DNA of 64,000 nt from Clostridia bacterium (GTDB taxonomy: Bacteria > Bacillota > Clostridia > Lachnospirales > Bianqueaceae). Below the pieces are notes generated by a model, which ran no database searches, had not been told where the DNA came from, and was given only the letters and a program-made list of their open reading frames with translations. Of this stretch, positions 17,927 through 29,843 are shown piece after piece (position 1 is the stretch's first letter; each line of letters begins with the position of its first letter). A program made the translations under genes and the position numbers. The DNA lies in contig CAAFMN010000024.1 of the NCBI GenBank assembly GCA_900764045.1, forward strand, positions 14,492 through 78,491, read 5' to 3'.

Positions 17927-20248
17927 ATGGAGAGACTGGAACGGCTGCAAAAAGCTGTCTCGAATGAACGGATCAGACGGATGCTGCCAGAGAGAGTCAA
18001 AGATGTGCTATGGGGTCTGCCGGCACTGTTTTTGATGCGAATTCCGCTGTTTTTAAATTTATATATATTGGGACCGGCGTATCTATGCCTAATGCTGCGT
18101 CGGCCCTTTCGGGGACGAGTCTGTACGGTCTGGTGCCTGATAGGGGCCGTCAGTATCTACTCGGAGCTGCCCAATGGTAAATATATTCTTCTTGTAATTC
18201 TGTTATGCGGGACGGAGGAGGTGCTGAGACATACAGGGCATGCGCTGCCGTCCATGGCAAGGAGTATGCTGCAGGCAATGATGCTCCCGATATCGGCGCT
18301 GCTGGCGGCTGTGATCTGGAAAACACCGTATCAGTTTCTGATGGTCAGCCTGGAGAGTGTTGTTTTTCTGATCTGGATCCTGCTCTATCAGATGGGGGCG
18401 GACAGGCTGTGGCAGCAGTCTACGGCGGGGTTTCAACTATCGGAGGAGGAGGGCTGCGCCGTTTTGGCGGTCTCGCTTGGTACTTTTCTTGCGATACTTC
18501 CATGGAGCGCGGTATGGAAGGGGTTGCTGCTCTTTTTGTGTCTGGCGGGCGCCTATTATCGGGGAATCTCCTATGGACTCCTGTTCAGTCTGCCCGCAGC
18601 GGCTGTCCTGAGAATGATGGAACGGACGGGGGACAGTTTTCTCTTGTTATGCATTCTGACGGTCATGATCAGCAGCTTTTTCAGAGAATTGGGGAAAGGG
18701 GCGGTAGCGCTGGGCGGGGTGCTGGGAGGGCTGGTGCTCCTTCTCCTCTTTCAGGGGCAGGTTGTGATATGGGAGCTTGCGTCGCTATGCGGCGCTGGTT
18801 TATGCTTTATCTGGGTGCCGGGAAAACTCTATGAGCGCTTTTTATGGGGCAGGACGCTCCAGGAAGAAGCGGGTGCCGGAGAGGTGCGCACAATGCAGCA
18901 GCATATGAGCCGAATGCTTTCCAGAAGCAGTGCGGCTATGGAGGAACTGGGGACGGTGCTGCGGGAGTCCAATCGGGAGAAGAGCCTGAATAGTCTCGAT
19001 ACGGGCAGAATTCTGGAAGATCTCTCAGAGCGTGTCTGCGGGAACTGTGAATATCATTCCTCCTGTTGGGGAGAGCGGTTCAGTGAGACATATGAGACTA
19101 TCGGCGCGATTATGGAGGCGGCAAGGTATAAAGGAATCATAGAAAAAAAGGATATCCCGCTGTTCTTTTTGAATCGCTGTAATAACAGCGAAGAATTTAT
19201 TAAACGGACCAATCGGCATTATGAATTGTATCGACTGAATCTGAGCTGGGAAAACCGTATGCGGCGTGGGGCGCAGATTGCGGCGGAGGAACTGGGCTGC
19301 ATGGCGGGGATGCTGCAGAATTTGAGAAATTATCTATGCACGCAGCTGGAACTGGATCAGAATATGAGCCGTAGGATTCAGGAGGAATTGGAACGCGGCA
19401 ATCTACCGATACAGAGAAGTCAGGTAGTAAAGGATCTGAAGACAGGGCGCTATACGTTAAATATGCAGATAGGGACGGGATATAACAAGAAGCTGAAAGT
19501 TCAGCTGGAGAGTAGGGTCAGCGCGCTGCTCGGCATTCCTGTACAGGTGACGGACAGTCGGATGATTCGGCAGGGACTATGGGACTGGAAGATGGAGGAG
19601 ACCTGCCGTCTGCGGGTGGATGGGAGTATCCTGTCCAGAGGAGTAGAAATCGTAAGCGGGGACAGTACCTGGATGGGACAGCTGCCCGGAGGCCGGTATG
19701 TGGCGGCCATCAGTGACGGCATGGGAGTCGGGGACAGAGCCGGAGGCGAGAGCGAGCGGGCACTGTATCTTCTGAGACTGATCCTAAATGCGGGCGCGGA
19801 GGAAGCAGAGGCCATACGGCTTCTCAATTCCATGCTTCTTTTGAGTGGGGACGGGGAACATTTTTCAACGATCGACATGGCCGTTATGAACCTGTATACC
19901 GGCAGTGTTCATATCGCGAAGGCGGGGAGCGCGGCTACAATCTTAAAGAGACAGGGACGCATACAGATCTATCGGTCGGACAACGTACCGGTCGGAATCA
20001 TCGAAAAGGCGGAATGGGAAGTCTTTCAGGATCAGGTGGATGAAGGGGATTGGATCATTCTGGCATCCGATGGTTTTTTTGACCAGAGAGAAGGATGCGA
20101 GGCTGTAGAACGGCGAATCCGCCAGGTGCTTTTGGAGGAAGCGGGGGCGACAAGCCGACAGATGGCAAGACGCATTTTTGACAGTGTACGGGGATGCGGC
20201 GCACGGGACGATATGACTGTGATCGCGATGAAGATCGCTCGAAAATAG
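17927..20248 (+). CDS. spoIIE: stage II sporulation protein E (PP2C phosphatase with N-terminal multi-TM domain)
   Basis: 773-aa ORF with about 10 N-terminal TM segments and a C-terminal PP2C domain (AISDGMGVG...ASDG). Confidence 0.9.
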   Translation: MERLERLQKAVSNERIRRMLPERVKDVLWGLPALFLMRIPLFLNLYILGPAYLCLMLRRPFRGRVCTVWCLIGAVSIYSELPNGKYILLVILLCGTEEVLRHTGHALPSMARSMLQAMMLPISALLAAVIWKTPYQFLMVSLESVVFLIWILLYQMGADRLWQQSTAGFQLSEEEGCAVLAVSLGTFLAILPWSAVWKGLLLFLCLAGAYYRGISYGLLFSLPAAAVLRMMERTGDSFLLLCILTVMISSFFRELGKGAVALGGVLGGLVLLLLFQGQVVIWELASLCGAGLCFIWVPGKLYERFLWGRTLQEEAGAGEVRTMQQHMSRMLSRSSAAMEELGTVLRESNREKSLNSLDTGRILEDLSERVCGNCEYHSSCWGERFSETYETIGAIMEAARYKGIIEKKDIPLFFLNRCNNSEEFIKRTNRHYELYRLNLSWENRMRRGAQIAAEELGCMAGMLQNLRNYLCTQLELDQNMSRRIQEELERGNLPIQRSQVVKDLKTGRYTLNMQIGTGYNKKLKVQLESRVSALLGIPVQVTDSRMIRQGLWDWKMEETCRLRVDGSILSRGVEIVSGDSTWMGQLPGGRYVAAISDGMGVGDRAGGESERALYLLRLILNAGAEEAEAIRLLNSMLLLSGDGEHFSTIDMAVMNLYTGSVHIAKAGSAATILKRQGRIQIYRSDNVPVGIIEKAEWEVFQDQVDEGDWIILASDGFFDQREGCEAVERRIRQVLLEEAGATSRQMARRIFDSVRGCGARDDMTVIAMKIARK

Positions 20249-20355
20249 GCAGGAGGGCTTCATGTCCTCCTTTTTACTTGCTTTTTCGGCGGTGCTATGG
20301 TAAAATAAACGCTGTCGGAATCGGCTTTGGATAAAACTGGCAAAGGAGGCGCGGC

Positions 20356-21759
20356 ATGCAGAACATCGAAACGGAAACCAGGCGGGTTCTTATGGAAGAG
20401 GGAATCGCCGGATGCGGACAGAGACTCGTCGCAGCCTGTTCTGGGGGACGGGACTCGATCTGTTTGCTGCATGTATTAGAAAAGCTGCGGCAGGAGCTGC
20501 AATTCGAGCTATGCGCGGTTTATGTGCATCATGGCCTGAGGCCGGAGGCCGATCAGGAGGCCGCGTGGTTGATGGGACTTGCAGATCAGTGGGGGGTTCC
20601 CTGCCGAATCCGCTATGTTAATGTTCTGAAGCGGGTGGAGCGCACCGGAGAGAGCATAGAAGAAGCGGCCCGCAATCTCAGGTATGCTGTTTTGCGTGAA
20701 GAGGCAGACGGCGGATATATCGTAACCGCTCATCATCTGGAGGATCAGGCGGAAACAGTGCTTCTGCATCTGATACGAGGCTGCGGATTAAAGGGCCTCG
20801 GAGGGATGGAGAGGTGTCAGAATCAGATTTTGCGTCCGTTTCTGGGGATCCGCCGTGAGAGAATCGACGAGTACATTCAGGAAAATCATCTGAAATATAT
20901 GGAAGACGCCTCCAATGCAGACGACGCGTATACGCGCAACTGGATCCGGGTGCGGCTTCTGCCGCTGCTGCGGGAGAAAAATCCCGCCATCAGCCGGACA
21001 CTTGGAGAGATGGCCGATCTGTTGCGTGAGGAAGAGGCTTATATGGAAGAAGAAGCCGAAAAGCATTATTCAGAAGTCTGCCCGGAAGGCGAACTGCGGA
21101 TATCCGCCTGGAAAACGCTTCCGGAAGCCCTAAGGCGCCGCCTGCTACGCTTGTGGCTGGAGAGAAGCGGAGGGCTCAGGGATACCCAGAGCGTTCATAT
21201 CCAGATGTTGACAGAGCTATGCGGCAAACAGACCGGAAGCCGGATGATGCTGCCGGGCGGCCGTGTTTTTTATAAGAGTTATGACCGGCTATGTCAGGAG
21301 AATACGGTACAGCCGTCACAGGCGGAAACGCTGCTGTATATTGACGGGACATGGCATGAGACGCCTTGGGGGGAGTTTCGGGCGCAATACAGCGAAAATC
21401 CCGGAGAAAAAACAGGGAAAATCCCGGATTATCCATATACAAAATGGGTAAGTTGTGATACAATCACAGAGCCCCTTTGTATCAGGACACGCCGCACGGG
21501 AGATTATATAGGCGCCGGAGGCGGGAGAAAGAGCCTGAAAAAATACATGATTGACCAGAAGATTCCGCAGGAGCAAAGAGGAAAAATGGTATTGGCAGCC
21601 GTAGGCAGTCACATTGTATGGATCGTGACAGAACGTATGAGCGACGGATGCCGGTTAAAACAAGGAGAAAAGAAAGCGGTGCGGTTGGATTACCGTCCAG
21701 CCGGGCAGGAGAAAGAGGAGGTAAGAACGTGCAGGAACCAGGAAGAAATAATTCAGTAA
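20356..21759 (+). CDS. tilS: tRNA(Ile)-lysidine synthetase
   Basis: PP-loop SGGRDS motif, 467 aa with a C-terminal domain. Confidence 0.9.
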   Translation: MQNIETETRRVLMEEGIAGCGQRLVAACSGGRDSICLLHVLEKLRQELQFELCAVYVHHGLRPEADQEAAWLMGLADQWGVPCRIRYVNVLKRVERTGESIEEAARNLRYAVLREEADGGYIVTAHHLEDQAETVLLHLIRGCGLKGLGGMERCQNQILRPFLGIRRERIDEYIQENHLKYMEDASNADDAYTRNWIRVRLLPLLREKNPAISRTLGEMADLLREEEAYMEEEAEKHYSEVCPEGELRISAWKTLPEALRRRLLRLWLERSGGLRDTQSVHIQMLTELCGKQTGSRMMLPGGRVFYKSYDRLCQENTVQPSQAETLLYIDGTWHETPWGEFRAQYSENPGEKTGKIPDYPYTKWVSCDTITEPLCIRTRRTGDYIGAGGGRKSLKKYMIDQKIPQEQRGKMVLAAVGSHIVWIVTERMSDGCRLKQGEKKAVRLDYRPAGQEKEEVRTCRNQEEIIQ

Positions 21760-23573
21760 AGGGCATGGGAACCTATCTGCTGTTCATGGTGGTTATCATG
21801 ATGATCCTGTATTTTGTATGGGATAGCGTGGGTTCACAGAAGACATGGCTCAGCGATCAGGGAGCTGAGGAGCTCCTGAAGCAGGAGAGCAGCATTCAGA
21901 AAGTGCAGCTTGTTCCGGTCGCTGTCGGAGACGCGGCCTCCGGCAATGCGGTTTTTTATGTAAATGACGGTAATCAGACGCGGGTCTATTATTTCTATGT
22001 TTCTAATATAGAGAATTTCCGACAGAAGATGGCATCGGAACACAGTGCGGTTCCGATCTATACTGAGGCGTTGGAGGAGACCAGTATATGGGTAGAAATT
22101 CTGCCGTATCTGTTGGTAACCGTGGTCGGTATCATCGTACTGGTATTCGTGATGGGACGGATGCAAAACGGCGGAGGCGGGCAGGCCATGAATTTTGGCA
22201 AGAGCCACGCACGCATGGTGGATAAGAATAAGAATCCCATTACGTTCCGTCAGGTCGCTGGTTCTTATGAAGAAAAGGAAGAGATGCAGGAACTGGTAGA
22301 TTTTCTGAAGAATCCGGAACGCTTTTCCGCGTTGGGAGCCAGAATCCCTAAGGGAGTGATCCTGGTCGGCCCTCCGGGAACCGGTAAAACCTATCTTGCC
22401 AAGGCTGTGGCAGGGGAAGCCGGAGTACCGTTTTTCAGCATTTCCGGTTCTGACTTTGTAGAGATGTTTGTGGGTGTCGGCGCTTCCCGTGTGCGGGATC
22501 TGTTTGAGCAGGCCAAGCGTCACGCGCCCTGCATCGTATTTATCGATGAGATCGATGCGGTCGGACGCCGACGCGGCGCGGGACTTGGCGGAGGCCATGA
22601 CGAGAGGGAGCAGACCCTCAACCAGCTGCTGGTGGAAATGGACGGTTTTACAGTCAATGAAGGCGTAATCGTAATGGCGGCGACTAACCGTGTAGATATT
22701 CTGGATCCGGCGCTTCTGCGTCCGGGCCGTTTTGACAGGCAGATCGTTGTCAACCGTCCGGATGTGCGCGGACGGCAGGAGATTCTGGACCTCTATGCCC
22801 ATGACAAGCCTCTGGCGGAAGATGTGGATCTGAAGGCGATCGCGCATATCACGGTGGGCTTTTCGCCAGCTGATTTGGAGAACCTTCTGAATGAAGCCGC
22901 CATTCTGGCAGCCAGAAATAAACGTAAGTTCATCACGATGGAGGACGTACAGGCGTCCATGGTCCGAGTTGGTATCGGCGCGGAAAAGAAGAGTCGCAGA
23001 ATCTCCGATAAGGAGAAGAGAGTGACGGCCTATCATGAGGTAGGACACGCGATTCTGCATCATCTGCTGCCGGAGCTGGATCCGGTACACGCGATTTCGA
23101 TTATTCCGACAGGTATGGCAGGCGGTTATACAATGTCCCTGCCCCAGGATGACCATATGTATGCCAGCAAGCAGGAGCTGAAAGCAGAGATGGCGGGACT
23201 TCTGGGAGGACGTGCCGCGGAAGAGCTGATTCTGCAGGATGTGACGACGGGCGCTTCCAATGATATCGAGCGCGTCAGCGAGATTGCCCGGAACATGATC
23301 ACACGGTACGGTATGAGCGATACGCTGGGGCCGCTTCAGTTTGGAGAACAGGATGAAGAGATTTTCCTGGGCAAAGAGATCGGACATTCTAGAAATTACG
23401 GAGAGACCGTAGCCGATCAAATCGATCGTGAGGTGAAGGCTCTGGTAGATGAAGCCTACGATAAGGCGAGACAGGTACTGCATGAGAATGAGAAAATTCT
23501 TCATAAGGGTGCGGAGCTTTTGATGGAAAAGGAAAAGCTGACCGGAGAAGAATTCGAAAGCTTATTTGGGTGA
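21729..23573 (+). CDS. ftsH: ATP-dependent zinc metalloprotease FtsH
   Basis: AAA+ Walker motifs ([13 protein letters not shown]) and the HEVGHA zinc motif. A GTG start with RBS gaggagg is preferred and overlaps the tilS 3' end by about 31 nt. Confidence 0.93.
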   Translation: MQEPGRNNSVKGMGTYLLFMVVIMMILYFVWDSVGSQKTWLSDQGAEELLKQESSIQKVQLVPVAVGDAASGNAVFYVNDGNQTRVYYFYVSNIENFRQKMASEHSAVPIYTEALEETSIWVEILPYLLVTVVGIIVLVFVMGRMQNGGGGQAMNFGKSHARMVDKNKNPITFRQVAGSYEEKEEMQELVDFLKNPERFSALGARIPKGVILVGPPGTGKTYLAKAVAGEAGVPFFSISGSDFVEMFVGVGASRVRDLFEQAKRHAPCIVFIDEIDAVGRRRGAGLGGGHDEREQTLNQLLVEMDGFTVNEGVIVMAATNRVDILDPALLRPGRFDRQIVVNRPDVRGRQEILDLYAHDKPLAEDVDLKAIAHITVGFSPADLENLLNEAAILAARNKRKFITMEDVQASMVRVGIGAEKKSRRISDKEKRVTAYHEVGHAILHHLLPELDPVHAISIIPTGMAGGYTMSLPQDDHMYASKQELKAEMAGLLGGRAAEELILQDVTTGASNDIERVSEIARNMITRYGMSDTLGPLQFGEQDEEIFLGKEIGHSRNYGETVADQIDREVKALVDEAYDKARQVLHENEKILHKGAELLMEKEKLTGEEFESLFG

Positions 23574-23574
23574 A

Positions 23575-23934
23575 ATGATGATACAGTCAACAGAAGAAAT
23601 GATCAACGCGGAAGGGCGTACATTGCTGGCGATGGTAAGCCAGTATACGGATAAGTATTTCTGGAATGAGGAGCTGGGAAAGCTTCCAGAGGAAATACGC
23701 AAGGAGGTGCTGGTGCTTCTGATCATGGTGACGGAAGAGGCCGGAGGCATCACCGTTATGGGGTTTGAAGCGGACGGCGAGGTGTATTTGGCCAGTACCT
23801 GTGAAGAGGGGGACCTGGGCTATGACGAAATCAGCGCCGGACTGTTGATCCGAGAAATCGAGCGGGAGCATGCCGACCTTCTGCAGCAGCTTTCCGACTG
23901 GTACCGAAAGGTGGTCAGACAGCAGAAGTCATGA
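23575..23934 (+). CDS. hypothetical small acidic protein
   Basis: About 120-aa ORF between ftsH and dusB. I recognise no motifs. Confidence 0.45.
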   Translation: MMIQSTEEMINAEGRTLLAMVSQYTDKYFWNEELGKLPEEIRKEVLVLLIMVTEEAGGITVMGFEADGEVYLASTCEEGDLGYDEISAGLLIREIEREHADLLQQLSDWYRKVVRQQKS

Positions 23935-24899
23935 AGGTAGGCGGAGTCGATGTAGGAAACGGCGTATATCTGGCGCCGATGGCAGGTTATACGGATAAAA
24001 GCTTCCGCCGGTTGTGCAAGCGGATGGGATGCGACGTGGTGGTGACGGAGATGGTCAGCGCCAAGGCGCTCTCCTATAATAATGAAAATACCTGGAAATA
24101 CTTAGACTGTGATCCGGAAGAAGCGCCGGTATTTGTGCAGATCTTCGGATCAGAGGCGGAAATTATGGCGGCGCAGGCGGAACGGATTCAGGACCGGTTT
24201 GTCGGGATTGACATCAATATGGGATGCCCAGCGCCCAAGGTGTTCCGAAACCATGAAGGCTCCGCTCTTCTTGCGGAACCGGAGAAGATCTACCGGATTG
24301 TGCGGGCCATTACCGAAAGAGTTCATGTTCCAGTGACTGTCAAGATCCGCAAGGGAATCCGCGAGGATAATCTTGCGGTGGAGGCAGCGCTGGCGGCACA
24401 GGAGGGAGGATGCGCCGCGGTCGCGGTACATGGCCGGACAGCAGCGCAGATGTATCACGGACAGGCCGATTGGGAGGTTATCCGACAGGTCAAGCAGGCA
24501 TTGCGGGTCCCGGTGATCGGCAACGGCGATATCCGCGGCGGTCAAGATGCCTTGCGGATGAAGAAAGAGACAGGGTGCGACGGCGTCATGGTTGGAAGAG
24601 CCGCCAGAGGTAATCCATGGATTTTTCGGGAGATTCAGGCAGCCTTTAAAGGTGAGCCGGAACCGGAACGGCCGGATGCCGCGGAGGTATGCCGTATGAT
24701 CCTCTTGCAGAGTCAGATGATCTGTGAACAGAAGGGGGAATATACCGGCATGCGAGAGATGCGGGCGCATATCGGCTTTTATGCCCGGGGATTTCGGGGA
24801 AGCAGCCGGCTGCGTTCGGCAATGCAGCAGCTCACAAGCCTGGATGAATTGAAAGAGATCCTGGCGCGGTTTCAGGCCGAGGAACAATTAAAGGATTGA
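23931..24899 (+). CDS. dusB: tRNA-dihydrouridine synthase
   Basis: LAPMAGYTD motif, a TIM-barrel Dus domain, 322 aa. Confidence 0.9.
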   Translation: MKVGGVDVGNGVYLAPMAGYTDKSFRRLCKRMGCDVVVTEMVSAKALSYNNENTWKYLDCDPEEAPVFVQIFGSEAEIMAAQAERIQDRFVGIDINMGCPAPKVFRNHEGSALLAEPEKIYRIVRAITERVHVPVTVKIRKGIREDNLAVEAALAAQEGGCAAVAVHGRTAAQMYHGQADWEVIRQVKQALRVPVIGNGDIRGGQDALRMKKETGCDGVMVGRAARGNPWIFREIQAAFKGEPEPERPDAAEVCRMILLQSQMICEQKGEYTGMREMRAHIGFYARGFRGSSRLRSAMQQLTSLDELKEILARFQAEEQLKD

Positions 24900-24967
24900 C
24901 TTTTTTCGATGACTATTATATAATAGGGAACAATTGAACTAAAAATAGTGAAAGGAAGCTAGGCGTT

Positions 24968-25444
24968 ATGGAACAGAAAGTGGTTTTGACATACGAAGGT
25001 CTGCAGAAGATGGAAGCGGAATTGAATGATCTTAAGATCAGCAAACGAAAAGAGGTTGCGCAGAAGATCAAAGAGGCGAGAGCGCAGGGAGATTTGTCTG
25101 AAAACGCCGAGTACGATGCTGCCAAGGATCAGCAGGGTGAGATCGAGAGTCGGATCGCGGAACTGGAAAAAATGCTGCGCAACGCGGTAGTGATCGATGA
25201 AGACGACGCACAGGAGGGCAAGGTATCTCTGGGCAATACGGTGCTTTTGCACGATATGGAATTTGATGAGGATGTAGAATATACGATTGTAGGATCGACA
25301 GAAGCGGATCCGGCAGAAGGCAGAATCTCCAATGAATCTCCGGTAGGCAAGGCGCTGTTGGGCGCGCAGGAGGGAGAAGTCGTTCATGTGGAAGCGCCGC
25401 AGGGCGAGATGAGCTTCAAGGTACTGAAGATCGTTAAGGCATAA
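24968..25444 (+). CDS. greA: transcription elongation factor GreA
   Basis: 158-aa ORF with a coiled-coil N-terminus and an FKBP-like C-terminus (ISNESPVGKALLG). Confidence 0.95.
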   Translation: MEQKVVLTYEGLQKMEAELNDLKISKRKEVAQKIKEARAQGDLSENAEYDAAKDQQGEIESRIAELEKMLRNAVVIDEDDAQEGKVSLGNTVLLHDMEFDEDVEYTIVGSTEADPAEGRISNESPVGKALLGAQEGEVVHVEAPQGEMSFKVLKIVKA

Positions 25445-25470
25445 GAGAAACAGGAAGGAATAAGGAATAG

Positions 25471-26973
<1,503 letters not shown>

Positions 26974-27088
26974 GTCTATTCCTGAAAAAATTCTTAAGAT
27001 CTAAAAAAAACTGGAAAAAGCCGGTGTTTTGTGGTATGATTAATAATGGAGGATCGTTGTAGAGCGGTTCAATATATAAGTAGAGGAT

Positions 27089-27484
27089 GTGAACGGATTG
27101 GTCAATGAGCAGAAGATCCGAATTATGACGCATGCTGCTCTGTATGAGGATAGTCAGCAGTTTCGGCGCGACGGCTTTATCAGACGGTATTATAAGGCGG
27201 ATTACATTGCACTCAATCGTTTTATTACCAAGGTTTGGATGACCCTGTTTTACGCGGCGGGTTTGGTAGCGTATATCTTCCAGTTGGTATATGTGGAGAG
27301 CGTAGATCTTCTCCACTTTGATTACCAGGGGTTTGTAATTAAAGCGGTTGCGATCTATCTTCTGATCAGTGTTCTGATTTCTGTTCTGAGTTCGGCGGTT
27401 TATGGCACTCGGTATGCCAAGGCCGAAAAAAGGATGAAGACCTATTTTGGACGTCTCGATCAGATTGACCGCTTCCAGTCATAA
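27089..27484 (+). CDS. hypothetical small membrane protein
   Basis: 131-aa ORF with two predicted TM helices and an uncertain start (GTG or TTG). Confidence 0.4.
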   Translation: MNGLVNEQKIRIMTHAALYEDSQQFRRDGFIRRYYKADYIALNRFITKVWMTLFYAAGLVAYIFQLVYVESVDLLHFDYQGFVIKAVAIYLLISVLISVLSSAVYGTRYAKAEKRMKTYFGRLDQIDRFQS

Positions 27485-27511
27485 TTTACGAACAAACACG
27501 AGGTATTATTT

Positions 27512-28882
27512 ATGAAAACGATTTATATGATCAGAGGGTGGATCTGCCGTATTTTCAAACAATATGAACTGATCGCCAAGGTGCTGTTGAAGTTCGGCGC
27601 ATATCTGTTTATTTTCCGGCAGATCGCAGGATGGGACGGCTTTCAGAATATCGGAGTGCTCAACGCGTTTTCTGTGCATATGTTGTTGGCGCTCTTGTGC
27701 GTATTGCTGCCGGCCCGTTTTGTCGCGTTCTTTTCAGTAGCGATCATCGTCTATAATATTTATCAGGTATCCTTCTGGGGCGCACTTATGGCGGCGGCAC
27801 TGCTTCTGATACTCTATGTGATGGTATCCAGACTTTGTCCGGATGAGACGGTGCTGATGATCCTGATGCCGTTGGCGATGAAATGGAATCTTGTCCTGGT
27901 CGTTCCGTTGTTCGCGGGATTGTACATGGGCGTCTTTTCTATCATACCGATCGTGGGAGGAATTCTCCTGGCAGGATTCCTGAAGATTATTCCGGCGTTT
28001 ACACAGTTTAATGTGACAGCGATAGACGCGCTTCCGGCAGCCATGTCGGAAACCATGAGCTATATCGGGGATCAGCTTCTTAAGAATGAGAACCTGATCT
28101 TTACGATGATCCTGTGCGCGGGTGTTGTATTGGTTGTATATCTGCTCAATAAGATCAGCATCAATTATATGCGGTATTTATCCTTGTGCGTGGGCGCACT
28201 GGTAGGCTTGGTGTGCTATATTGTCGGCAAGATGGCAGGTATGACGGATACAGGCATTTTGGCTGCGTTGGTGATACCGATCGTATCACTGGCGATTATG
28301 ATCGTGGTGGAGTTTTTCCATATGGCGCTCAACTATCAGATGGCGCAGCGTTTGGCGTTCGCGGATGATGAGTATTACTATTATGTGCGTGCCATCCCTA
28401 AGATTCTTGGTATCCGCAATAAGACTGAGGTCAAGACAATTACGACCGGAAGAAGCCAGGAAAGCCGCGAGACCGAGCCGGTGGTAGTACATGAGTTGGA
28501 GCCGATGGAGAAGCCGGAAGGGGAGGCAGAGCATGTGCCTTCAGAGCGAGAAGAAAAACTGGCGGCCGCGGTCAATGAGAAGAAGCAGCAGGCAACGCGG
28601 AAGCTGGATTCGGTATTGCATCAGCTTGGCAGCAAAGCTAAGGATATGATGGATAAGACCAAGGAAAAGCCGAAACAGAAGACGGAAGAAAAGCAGGAGC
28701 CAAAGAAGCCGGAGGGGACAGAGATTCCGAAATCTCCGGTACATGGCGAGAACTTTGAAGTGCCGAGACCGGAAAGCGCTGAAGAGCTTGCTAAGCGGAC
28801 AGGCTGGTCAGAAGAGACGATCCGAGGCTTTTTCGAAGGATTGGATATGGAGTCTCAACAGGAAGACAAGGAGAAAAAGTAA
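27512..28882 (+). CDS. hypothetical polytopic membrane protein with charged low-complexity C-terminal tail
   Basis: 456-aa ORF with about 8 TM helices and a roughly 150-aa K/E-rich disordered C-terminus. Confidence 0.5.
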   Translation: MKTIYMIRGWICRIFKQYELIAKVLLKFGAYLFIFRQIAGWDGFQNIGVLNAFSVHMLLALLCVLLPARFVAFFSVAIIVYNIYQVSFWGALMAAALLLILYVMVSRLCPDETVLMILMPLAMKWNLVLVVPLFAGLYMGVFSIIPIVGGILLAGFLKIIPAFTQFNVTAIDALPAAMSETMSYIGDQLLKNENLIFTMILCAGVVLVVYLLNKISINYMRYLSLCVGALVGLVCYIVGKMAGMTDTGILAALVIPIVSLAIMIVVEFFHMALNYQMAQRLAFADDEYYYYVRAIPKILGIRNKTEVKTITTGRSQESRETEPVVVHELEPMEKPEGEAEHVPSEREEKLAAAVNEKKQQATRKLDSVLHQLGSKAKDMMDKTKEKPKQKTEEKQEPKKPEGTEIPKSPVHGENFEVPRPESAEELAKRTGWSEETIRGFFEGLDMESQQEDKEKK

Positions 28883-28961
28883 ATAATACAGGGGCTGCCC
28901 CCATAAGGCGGCCCTTGTGTGGTTTGCGCCGCAAAGAATATCGGTGGAAGGAAGTGTGATT

Positions 28962-29843
28962 ATGGGATGGTTTGAACAGGTAGTGGAGTGGGTTCGTTCC
29001 AGTATCGGAATCACGTTCGTCCCTAAACTGGGACTGATCGATCTGCTGGATATTTTATTTGTGGCTTTTTTAGTATATCAGATTTTGGTCTGGTTCCGTA
29101 TGACACGGGCATGGACGCTTTTTAAGGGAGTCATTTTCCTTTTGATCATCGCGATGGCGACTTCCATGCTGCAGATGAGCATGAGTTCATGGCTTTTGCA
29201 GAATACCATGGTTTACGGAGTTTTGGCTGTGGTCATTATATTTCAGCCGGAGATCCGGCGCGCGCTGGAAAAGCTGGGGCACGGCGGACTGTTCTCCATT
29301 CTGGCCAGCGAGGAGAATGCCTGTCAGGTTACCAGAGAGACGGTATCGGAGATCGCGGACGCGATGGAGCAGATGGCGGCCGTCAAGACGGGAGCGCTGA
29401 TCGTGGTGGAGCAGGAAGTTAAACTGGGAGAATACGAGGAAACGGGTATTCCGGTGGACGCGGTTGTGACATCGCAGCTGCTCATCAATATCTTCGAACA
29501 TAATACCCCGCTTCATGACGGAGCCGTATTGATCCGGAACAACCGGATTACTTCCGCTACATGCTATCTGCCTTTGTCAGCCAACATGAATATCAGCAAG
29601 GCCATGGGGACAAGACATAGAGCGGCGCTGGGACTCAGCGAGGTATCGGACGCCAAGATCTTTGTCGTATCCGAAGAGACCGGTTCCATGTCGATGGCAC
29701 AGGGAGGGAAAATTACCCGGGATATTGATCGTGAGTTTATCATGAATCAGTTCCAGTATAAGGATGAAAAAGAGAAAAAGTCCAAAGTCATTCGGAACAA
29801 GCTGAGACAGTATACGAGAAAAGGGGGAAAAACCGATGCTTGA
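28962..29843 (+). CDS. cdaA: diadenylate cyclase (c-di-AMP synthase)
   Basis: Three N-terminal TM segments and a DAC domain (DGA and RHRAA motifs). Start is the internal ATG after RBS ggaaggaag. Confidence 0.9.
   Translation: MGWFEQVVEWVRSSIGITFVPKLGLIDLLDILFVAFLVYQILVWFRMTRAWTLFKGVIFLLIIAMATSMLQMSMSSWLLQNTMVYGVLAVVIIFQPEIRRALEKLGHGGLFSILASEENACQVTRETVSEIADAMEQMAAVKTGALIVVEQEVKLGEYEETGIPVDAVVTSQLLINIFEHNTPLHDGAVLIRNNRITSATCYLPLSANMNISKAMGTRHRAALGLSEVSDAKIFVVSEETGSMSMAQGGKITRDIDREFIMNQFQYKDEKEKKSKVIRNKLRQYTRKGGKTDA

Noticed and set aside
21834-23504. 556-aa minus-strand ORF
   Set aside because: Antisense to ftsH, with low-complexity translation.
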